Positions 54,349-64,000 of a stretch of 64,000 nucleotides of DNA are shown here, one piece after another; within the stretch, counting starts at the first letter, position 1, and every line of letters starts with the position of its first letter. Location: the NCBI GenBank assembly GCA_964016885.1, contig OZ024740.1, positions 398,784,001 through 398,848,000 of the forward strand, given 5' to 3'. Under the pieces are notes generated by a model, which saw only the letters and a list, made by a program, of their open reading frames with translations, did not search any database and was not told where the DNA came from. Source of the stretch: Eledone cirrhosa (taxonomy: Eukaryota). The position numbers and the translations under genes are program-made.

Positions 54349-54602
54349 GGTGTCAGGACAAAAAGCACCCAGTCTGCACTGTAAAGTGGTCGTGTAGGAG
54401 ACACGGCAAAAATCACCCAGCACACACTGTAAATGTGGTTGGCATTAGGGAGGGAATCCAGCCATAGAAAACCAGCCAGAAACAGTCCTATAGGACCGTG
54501 ACACGGTCACCAAAACAAACTTGCCTCAAATGGGACAAACCCGTCTAACCCATGTTAGCATGGAAGAAAGGTGTTAAACGATGATGATGATGATGATAAT
54601 GA
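54345..54602 (+). mobile_element. RTE 3' UTR fragment
   Basis: cactgtaaatgtggttggcattagg...ccgtctaacccatg...(gat)n. Confidence 0.8.
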
Positions 54603-55376
54603 TATACATATCTATATCTATAAATATTTTAAAATATATATATATATATAGGGTATTGGCATAACCATATCTTGGTATTTTTCACATTTCTCACCTTTTG
54701 TTGTAGTTTTGTTAGGGGGGGGGGGGCGTCTCTTCCTCTGCTATTCTAATCCTTCATCATTCATTTTTATCTAGTTTTTAAGTATTATTTCTTATTATTG
54801 GTTTTCTTTATTGGCTTATTATTTTCCTTATAATTTTTATCCTTTTTAATTTTAATCTTCAGTCTTGTTTATGCATATCCCCCATTATATATTACATATT
54901 AGCTATGATAGTTTTATTATCAATACTAATACTACTGCTACAGTCATTGATACCAGTCACTACTCCCGCCTATTTACCTGTGGTTGTTGGTGTTGCTGTT
55001 TTGGTTGTTGTTGTGAATGAAAATTAACATCATTTGCCCCCACTACTGCTTGGCCTCTTAGCATTCTTGTTTTTGAGCTATCAAAGGCTGGCTGTCATTT
55101 AACCCTCAACTCCTAAGGAATTTACAACTGACCCGATACCAGAGTGAGTAGATGATCTCAGACCTTGACACCACTGGGGTGTTCATGAAGGCATGGAAGG
55201 TGAAAGGTTGGAACTATATCCAACCAATGGCTAGGTTTTTTTTTATGCCCATTGTGATGATGTTGTGAGGGTGTTTGAACTCAATCATATGTCATCAAGG
55301 CTTTGAGGAAACAATAACCCACCTGTGGTATACCACAGAATAGAAATTGCATGAGTAATTTTTATTTATGTAATAG

Positions 55377-55422
55377 CTGTCTGATGAGGCTGTAACTGTT
55401 ACCATCAAAATATATATAACAG
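55377..55422 (+). ncRNA. Decayed type I hammerhead motif
   Basis: CTGT-CTGATGA-ggctgtaactgttaccatc-aAAA-tatata-TA-ACAG; GAAA is mutated to AAAA. Confidence 0.5.
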
Positions 55423-55634
55423 TGATTATATAATCAATGAAATAAGGTAAATTCTAACCTACTGGCTTCTACTTCATTGTTATACCAATATTCTGTAGTA
55501 CATGGGCTTACATACTTTGTTGAGTGCTCAATCCTAGTGTCGGTTGACTAATAACTAATAAAGGATTTACAGAAAATAAATCAAGCACATATATATATGG
55601 GGCAGTAGAGATGAATATTATATGTATGCTTCAG

Positions 55635-58585
55635 CCTGTGCTCATGGAAAGGTGGATCATCTGTATTACTACATAACACCAGAGATCCCGGTCCTGTGTC
55701 ATTGCCTTTCAGAGGTGCAATTGTGCAAGGTCAGCTTTTATGACCTCCTCCCAAGTCTTCCTATTCCATAGCTTCCATTGAGTGCTCTGCACTTTTTTTT
55801 TATACAGCTGTCATCCTTCATATACATTATATGCCAATACCACTGCATCATCCTCTCCTGCACACTGCGTCTGATTCTTCTTATGCCTAGTTTCTCTCTC
55901 ATTTCATTTATGCTTTGCTATTCAGGTATATTACTATTACACAACATCCATTGAAGCATGCAAGTTTCATTTCTTTCCAATCTTCGTAAGTCCTCTGCAC
56001 ACAGCACCCAGGCCTCACTACCATGCAATATTGCTGTTCATATAATCTGCCTTTCATTTTGAGGGAAAAGCTTTTTCTTCATCACCGTTTTATGTCTATT
56101 TTCCATGCTTGCACGGGTTAAACAGGTCATTATATTCTGCGGCTGGACAGGAAAATCGGACGAGTGTGACTTGCTCATATATTTTATATTTGCATGGTTC
56201 ATCTGGCTGGATACCCTTCCTAACCACAATCACTTCATAGCATGTACTAGGTTCATTTTCTTGTGGGACCGCAACTACCAACTGACATGGTGGACTGGGT
56301 GCTTTTTCATAGTACCAGCACTACCACTTTACAGTGTGGGTTGGGTGCATTTTATTATGGCATCAGCAGCACTACCATTTTACAGGGTGGGATGGGTGCA
56401 TTTCATTGTCACACCTACAATTCCACTTTTGAGTGTGGGCTGAGTGCTGAGTGCATTTTATTGTTGAACCAGCACTGTCACATTTCAACACTAGGGTCTT
56501 TGGCCAGGCTGGGAGGACATTGGTAGAGGTTGTTGGATATGTGAGCAGGGTTTAGGCTGCAGTCACTAGCCCATGGAAGGAGGAGTGGTCACAAGGGAAG
56601 TGAGTGATGTCTAGTAGAATTGTTGGGTGCATCAGGCTTACCATACTGGCATGCTTGGCCAAGGAGCAGGAAATTCAGGCATAAATTTGGCAGTGTGTAT
56701 TGTGAGGGAAGGTAGAGTAAGTATTGCACAGTGGTCTAGGAAAGAAGGAGAGAAAGAATCAACAAGTAGCGCCTGGCAGATCAGTAAAGGTGCATCCATC
56801 TTTGGGTAGGACAAGGAGAGGAAGATGTGAATGGGGGAGGCTGGGTGGGTGGGGAAAATTATGGTTAGTGAAGGAAAGATTGTGTGTAGGAGGATTAGAT
56901 AGAAGAAGACTGTGGAAGGAGCAGTCTAAGTGTTGCTACACCTTTCTACACTTTGCTCACAGGCATCATACAGCTGGCCTTTTGTTTGTAGATAAACAAA
57001 AGCTACATATAGCAGCTTATTCTTGGCTAGGAATTTCTCTTGTAGTTGTCTCACTAGGAAGAGGGCATCTGTAGTACTCTCCCAGGTACAAAACCGAACT
57101 GCATCTCATCTAATTTTACTCTTTCCCTAATTAGCTGTACAAGAACTCTTTCTGTCACTTTCATAACTTGGTCCATTAATTTTATTCCTCTGTAGTTGCT
57201 TCTTTTTAGAACATCAACTACTCCCGTGTAGCAATTTAGAATTGGAGTGCTGTGCCAGTCATTGGATATGACTCTGTCCTTTACTACCAGATTGACTATG
57301 CAGGATACTAGTTCAGCTCCTACTTTTCCAGATGCTTTTAGTATCTCAGCAACTATCTCTGATGGTGCCTCAGCTTTACCATTCTTCATCTTCTTGATTG
57401 CTTTTTTGACCATATAACTGTCAATTTCAATAGCTGGACCCTCCGTTGGGTAAATTAGGGGTACTCCCTCTCCCTTCCATTCATCAGTCTCTCATACCAA
57501 CATTTCCTTTTGAACCTCAGTGGTGCTACATGCACCGTCATTTCGAACATACCCCCCCCCCCCCCCCCCCGACATCTTGATTCACACTGACACACTGCCT
57601 TGCAAAACACCTTATGTCTCTGATACTCTCGTCACAAGACATTGACAAATCTTCTTTCAGCCTTTTTCTGTGCTATGTATACCTGCTGTCTAGATTCTCT
57701 CTTAGCTATCTGGTACTAGTTTCTGCTACCTACATTTTTCCAGTCTTCCCACACCTGTCTCTTGGCTATAATGGCTCTATCCACTGTACTGTTCCACCAT
57801 CAGGTCACCCTCTGACTGGCTGGTGCTTTGCTTCAGTCACAAATCTCATCAGTAGTTCGCAATAGGTTGTCATGTAAGACTTTCCAATTGTTCTCTATGT
57901 CATATATATCTAACTTATCTCCCCCCTCATCATGTGCTTCCTGTAGAGCCTTTCTAAACCTATATTTAACAGAAAGGTCCTTCAGCATCCATACTGTCTG
58001 TCTCCATATTTTCCTGCATATCTTGTTCCATCTCATGTTTATTCTAATGTCACTAATAACTAACGGGTGTTGGGCAGCACATTCTTCTCTGGGGAAGGTC
58101 TTAGCATATATCATCTCTCTATCTCATTGTCTTACAAATAAGAAATCAATCTAGCTTGCATGTTTACCTGATTGGTAGGCCATTAGGTATTTGGTAGGTT
58201 TTCTGAAGTTATTGTTGCAAATAGTCAGTTCATTTACATCACAGAATTTTAGGAACCTCATTCTTTCTTTATTTCTTGAGCCATAATATACCATGTACTT
58301 CGTTAAATCCAACTTGGTACTGCCCAACATGTCCATTGAATTCACCTGCCAAGATAATATGGTTTCTGTCATCAGTAACTGATTTTATTTGTAAAAGTTC
58401 CACATAGAAACAGTCTTTTTGTCCTTTACTCAGTCCTGCTTGTGATACTTAGGTAGATGTAATTGCCAACAGCTATTCTAAGCTTGATAATTCTGTCACT
58501 TACCTTATCTATCCATTTCTCAGCTAGTAGAATACATAAAACACATAACCCATTATCATTTCCTACCCAAAAAGGTTTGTACCTA
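55635..58585 (-). mobile_element. Old fragmented RTE LINE (endonuclease to C-terminus) interrupted by other repeats
   Basis: Endonuclease-like DKVSDRIIKLRI and FCDVNELTICNNNFRKP; RT start NYRGIKLMDQVMK...QFGFVPG (57054-57413); C-terminal remnant at 55640-56060. Confidence 0.8.
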
Positions 58586-58589
58586 TATT

Positions 58590-59412
58590 GCATAACTAGG
58601 GTAAGAACGGGATGGAAGAAGTTTAGGGAACTACTACCACTGCTAGCTGCAAAAGGCTTCTCCCTCAGAATGAAAGGCAGACTGTATGATGCGTGTATTC
58701 GAACAGCAATGTTGCATGGTAGTGAGACCTGGGCGCTGAAGGTGGAAGACTTACGTAGATTAGAGAGAAACGAAGCCTGCATGCTCCGATGGATGTGTAA
58801 CAGTAATATACGTGAACGACAAAGCATAAATGAATTGAGAGAGAGACTGAGCATAAGAGGAATCAAATGCTGTGTGCAGGAGAGGCGGTTGCGTTGGTAT
58901 GGACACGTGATGCGTATGAAGGATGACAGCTGCATAAAAAGGTGCAGAGCACTAGAAGTCGATGGAAACCGCGGAGTGGGGAGACCCAAGATGACCTGGG
59001 ATGAGGTGATAAAAGCCGACCTTACCCAATTACACCTCTCAAAGGCAATGACACACGACCGTGACCTCTGGCGTCACGCAGTAATACAGAGTACCCGACC
59101 TCCCATGGGTACAAGCTGAAGCATATAGACAATATGCCCCCACTGCAAGGTGGTCGTGGAGGTGCCACGGCAAAAAAGCACCCAGCCCACACTGTAAAGT
59201 GGACGTGTAGGCGCCACGAAAAAGCACCCAGCACTCACTGTAAATGAGGTTGGTGTTAGGAAGGGCATCCAGCTGTAGAAATCAAGCCAAATCAGTTCCT
59301 GTATGAGCAAGGCATGGTCAGCCGACCAGACACTGCCCCTAATAGGACAACCCGTCTAACCCATGCTAGCGTGGAAGAATGGACGTAAAACGGTGAAGAT
59401 GATGATGATGAT
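58590..59412 (+). mobile_element. 5'-truncated RTE LINE 3' end
   Basis: Open frame TRVRTGWKKFRELLP...GRPKMTWDEVI...; 3' UTR modules; (gat)n tail. Confidence 0.92.
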
Positions 59413-59642
59413 TGCCTGTGAGTATACATCATACACAGCATACATCCACTCATCTCTATAGCAACTCTACAATTTCTCCTGATATATATGTGTGTCCATC
59501 TGCCTTTGTTTATGTCCTACAAGTTAGTGGATGGACAAAAGGCATCGATAAAGTATTAGACCTGAAAAATATGTATTGAGGTTGACATGATCAACTAAAT
59601 CAAGTGTTCATGGCTGCAGATTTATGACTGAAAGCATAAAAA

Positions 59643-59675
<33 letters not shown>

Positions 59676-59740
59676 TATATATATTCGTGTGATGTTGACG
59701 GATGTGAGAATGAGTATTCAATACTCAGGTAGAGTTTAAT

Positions 59741-59900
59741 AATATGCTTTATGATGGCAAAGTGATGAGTTTTGTTACTCTGGAGTCTTGCCAGTGTATT
59801 TATAAAGTCATTAGACAAAACTCTTGTCTGATGATCCTGTGAATACACAAGTGGAAACCCAAAGTAAAAGACTCATCAGTTAACCATAATAAAGAATATA
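59741..59900. repeat. Decayed palindrome with a hammerhead remnant in each arm
   Basis: Right arm ttgt-CTGATGA-...-GAAA-cccaaagta; left arm reverse complement ttttgt-ctaatga-...-actccagagta-acaaaa; flanks ctcatca...ccat.ataaag.atat also mirror. Confidence 0.65.
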
Positions 59901-60308
59901 TCTATCTATATATTACTAAAACTCTGTGATTGCTTGCTTGCTTGTCTGTAATGTAATACAGACAAAACAGTGCATAATGGGAAAATACTTTGAAAGGAAG
60001 TTGACCTTGAAATGCGAATACAAATGGAATAAAATAAGTTTCACGTAAATCGGTGCACAGGTTCCCGAGATATGGTTTTTTTTCGGGTACCTTCATAAAC
60101 AGAGAGAGAGAGAAGGATAGAGAAAGAAATAGTGGTTGTGAGAGAGTAGATTGAAAGAGATACATAGAGAGAGAGGAGATAGAGAAAGAGAATTGAAGAA
60201 AGAGAGAGAGAGCTGGTAGTGTTGTTCTGTATATATATATATGAGTGTGTGTGTGTATATATATGTGTGTGTATGTCTATGAGCAGTGTATATAGATCAC
60301 AGACACCC

Positions 60309-60339
<31 letters not shown>

Positions 60340-60751
60340 TATATATATATATATATACACACATTTATATATATACATACACACACGTATATATATATGA
60401 GCCTTCCAGTTTCATTTCACATTATATACCTGTCTGTGTATATTTCAATTATCTAAAAATTATTTTTAAGTGAACATGATTTAAAAACATATATTTTGAA
60501 GTGAACGTGACCCAACGGATCACAGGTGGTCTATTACTCATTAAAAACAACAACAGAAGGCCGGACTCCATTCCTGCACCAAACCACTGGATACCACATC
60601 TACGATGAACGATTTGCATTACGTCGAGTGCTTTAATCTATTGCATCATCGTTTTCTAACCGGAATCACCAGTTCCACCCATTGGTAAAATACGTAACAT
60701 AAATGGTATATATATATATAAACTGTAGGTACTGTAGGTAACTACCACAGA

Positions 60752-60836
60752 GGTCCGACAAGCCATTGATTACAGAGTCGGGCTGGATCGATACAGATCG
60801 AACCTTGAGCTGATCAATAGCGTAACGCGCGTCACC
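60752..60836 (+). ncRNA. Decayed type I hammerhead motif with long stem II
   Basis: GGT-CcGAcaA-[GCCATTGATTA...TGATCAATAGC]-GtAA-CGCGCG-TC-ACC; stems are retained but the core has 3 substitutions. Confidence 0.45.
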
Positions 60837-60894
60837 AACCAATAAACGTAATGGTGTAACCATTCGTCCTTGTTTTATTATATATATATATATA

Positions 60895-61058
60895 CAGGTT
60901 GTCCCTAAAATGTATACACACTTTGATTACCTGTACAGGCAATATTTATTAAAATGCTGTTGAAGTATACTCTTTTACTCTTTTACCTGTTTCAGCCATC
61001 CGGCTGAGGCCATGCTGGGGCACCGCCCTTGTATATATACATTTTTGGGGACGACCTG
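60895..61058. mobile_element. Tc1/mariner-type MITE carrying a SINE/CR1 tail insert
   Basis: TA|CAGGTTGTCCCTAAAATGTATA...TATACATTTTTGGGGACGACCTG|TA; insert at about 60971-61030 is the reverse complement of ...ccccagcatggcc...ctgaaacaggtaaaagagtaaaaga. Confidence 0.8.
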
Positions 61059-61244
61059 TATATATATATATATTTTATTATAATATTTAACTCCGTACTC
61101 GCACCAACTACACAAACGAAGACGGTTGAGCTGCTTTACGTTGAGTACTCTCCATATTACATCAAGATTGACCATACGGAATGACCAGCTCTATCCAGTG
61201 GTGAACCTTCAAACCTAAATAAATATATATATTAAATGGAAACT

Positions 61245-61539
61245 ATATTTATTTCATTATACATATTTCAAGAACACCAAGTTAAATTATGGTGTGCTTT
61301 CATCAGATAAAATATAATATAGATCAGTTTTATAAATAAATATTGACATACCCTTAAAGAATGCGACCATTTCTGTTGGAAGCTCCCGGACTATCCGGGA
61401 GCTGCCAACAGAAATGGTCGCATTCTTTAAGGGTATGTCAATATTTATTTATAAAACTGATCTCTATTATATTTTATCTGATGAAAGCACACCATAATTT
61501 AACTTGGTGTTCTCCAAATATGTATAATGAAATAAATAT
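61245..61539. repeat. 295-bp palindrome (146-bp arms, 3-nt loop, centre 61392) with hammerhead-like cores
   Basis: Arms pair with only a few mismatches; CTGATGA at 61478-61484 (+) mirrors 61300-61306 (-); extends imperfectly to 61234-61564. Confidence 0.95.
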
Positions 61540-62014
61540 GGTTTTATAAATATAGTTTCCATTTGTTAATATATCGTATTTTTACTCCAATAATTTGTTG
61601 AGTGCTTTATATCAGTTATAAAAATATTTGCTTGTTGTATCCCAACAATTTAAATAGAACTTCTACATATATATATATCTATATCGAGCAACATGTCTGG
61701 GGATAACTAAATTTATATATGATGATTCTTTGAAAATTGTATACATCTCAAAACTGATTATCCCCATTACTAAAAGTTGCACATTGTGTAAAAAAAATAC
61801 AAATATATTTTCTGTGTTAGGATTGTTCAACCAATCACGTAGAGCATGATAAAGTAATACCCCAATAGCAATATCCGTGTGATGTGGTTGATGATCGGTG
61901 AGCTATCGTCTGCATATATATATATATGTTCCTCGAAATTGTAAGAGAGTTTGGTGTCTCACGACCTTTAAGAATAGGGACTTACTCTTAGCTAAGTACT
62001 TCTGCAGTTTGTCT

Positions 62015-62155
62015 TATTAAAATGGCATTTGTAGTGGTTCTCCCTGGTTTAAAGCCTGCATCCCCAAATCAATTCTGTTCCTAATCAATTTTGCTATCAC
62101 TTTTTCTGTAATCATCATAACCTGATCCAACAATTTGATGAATCTGTAATTGCTA
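62015..62155 (-). mobile_element. Short RTE RT remnant
   Basis: SNYRFIKLLDQVMMITEKVIAKLIRNRIDL matches ORF 33528. Confidence 0.8.
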
Positions 62156-64000
62156 CACACACACACACATATATATATATATGATAAACTTAGAAAAATT
62201 AGGAGGATAAGATAATGAACGAAAACAAGACAAATGAAAAACAATTTTTAAAGGGGAACCTTAAAAAATTGTTATATTTCGGGAGGGTCATGTCTTAAAA
62301 AAATAAAAATACAAACGAAAGACAGAACTCCCGGGTCAACGTCCGTTGAGATTGACGTTGACAATTTCCACCCCTACCAACGGTATTGCTGGTTCAACCG
62401 GGGTCACAGCATCCGATACAAGCCAAACGCTGTCCAGTAGATAGTGTGTATGTATGTACGTAAGTGTCTATGAGGATATGTTCCTTAATTTGTAAAGAAA
62501 CGATAAATGGAATAAATAGAATATATTTTTAATACTGAGTTCTTTTAATCTGATTATTTGATCTGACGTATGATGATTTCAAATATTGAATTCTACTATA
62601 TATATATATATAGGGTTTAAGGAATATACTTCTCTTTAAAGCTTTATCTCTGCATTTCTTAGTACTTATCTAGTACGGTTTATTAGGCTAATGAACTGTA
62701 GTTTCTCGGTCTTGTCTACATATGTATATATATATTTGCGTGTGTTGGGAGTGAGAGTGGAAGAGAAAGACACACATATAAGGAGAACCGGCGTAAAAGA
62801 AAACATTGAAGGAAAGAGAAAAAAAGGTAAGTCTGACACATAGGGGAAAAGGGCAAGATGAAGAAGGAAGGTGAGAGAAAAAAGTAAAAAGTCAATATAT
62901 CAAAATATATATTACAAAACGAAAAGAAAAAGACAATCTATGTATGAGGAGAGCACTGCTGCCAACCAATCAGATCCAAGGACACAGACAGATATTATGT
63001 TAATTTAGTCGCCATCTTTAATACCGGTTAGCTATTATTGCAGTGCTCTTAGTTTAGCTCTAGCTTTTTATCGTCTTTCATTATTATAGCTATTTGATTG
63101 CTGTTTGATACCGTACAAGAGTTTTAATCAGGTATATGAAAACAACGACTTATGATGTCGGATTTTTTGTTTTGTCTTTAAACATTTGTTAAACATCATT
63201 GGCGAAAAATCTCATCGCGCCGTTGTGTGACACTGATATTTTTCTCTCTCCGTTAAATTGAAAACCCAGTCACTCTTGCCTTCTTCCTCCGATTTCTTTT
63301 GCTCATATTTTCATAATTTTTTAGTATTTTCCTAGTGTGATTTTCTTTACTTATTGTTTTTTTGTTATATATATTTGTCTATACATCCCCCATTTTACAT
63401 TTATCACATCATTTTCTCGACCTAAATCGTTGTTTCTTCACGTGTTTCTCTCTGACGTCGTAATTAAGAAACATTGGATACACGTTATTTAATGTAACTA
63501 ATTATTTTTTATTTCTTCAGTCGGCGATTCGTTTTTGTTTCCTGGTCATAGTTATTTCATTTCGTCTACTTTGCTAACGCAATAAGCGTCACGCCATCTC
63601 ATTCTTTCACACACGAGGCCTTGCACCAACGATTTTAGTTAAATTATTTCGTATAAAAATTGTTAGTTTTGTAAATTATGCTTGACTTCTCTCAAATCTC
63701 GATTATGATGTACATTTCGCATGAGGGTGAAAAAACAAAAGCCATTATTAATCTTGGGTAGCGTTTATCACTTCGTTGCGAGATTCGATGCTCTAATTAA
63801 TTTTCTTTGTGCATAACATATTGTAATTTCTCATTTAACTCTATATATCACTATCTAATAAATTTTATCTTCATTGTTTTCTACTTTTCTCTACATATTC
63901 ACATCAAATTTCAATAGCGCATTGAATCATTAAGCATTTCTTTTGTATTTAAGAAAAAACAAAACAAAAAAAAAAAAAATCATCTATTACATTTTCCGCC

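Noticed and set aside
57000-59412. Twin-priming (5'-inverted) RTE insertion suggested by ORFs 58426-58989 and 58463-59119
   Set aside because: The minus part is far more decayed and continues to its own C-terminus at 55640-56060. Two independent insertions of different age fit better.

Overview
AT-rich, microsatellite-laden eukaryotic DNA. The SINE, RTE and CR1 repertoire suggests an octopus or other coleoid cephalopod (inference). It holds one host gene: a minus-strand KLHL20/diablo orthologue (BTB-BACK-Kelch) with 8 coding exons from 32146 to 18068, all with GT-AG junctions and consistent phases, giving a 1731-nt CDS (576 aa). A probable non-coding first exon and promoter lie near 44.9-45.2 kb. 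The rest is transposon debris: CR1-type and RTE-type LINEs, tRNA-derived SINEs, two non-autonomous Helitrons, and Tc1/mariner-type and TTAA (piggyBac-type) MITEs. The most striking signal lies between about 49.6 and 61.6 kb: four mutually unrelated inverted repeats whose arms each carry a type I hammerhead-ribozyme motif (intact or decayed), always pointing outward, plus two solo decayed hammerheads. These look like Penelope-like or retrozyme-type non-coding elements. Also notable are two near-identical young RTE copies in opposite orientation bracketing six KLHL20 exons (dsRNA, editing and circRNA potential), a PHD-type finger after the RTE reverse transcriptase, and a bipartite BovB-type mini-element. 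All calls were made by eye with no searches or folding runs, and TE boundaries are approximate.
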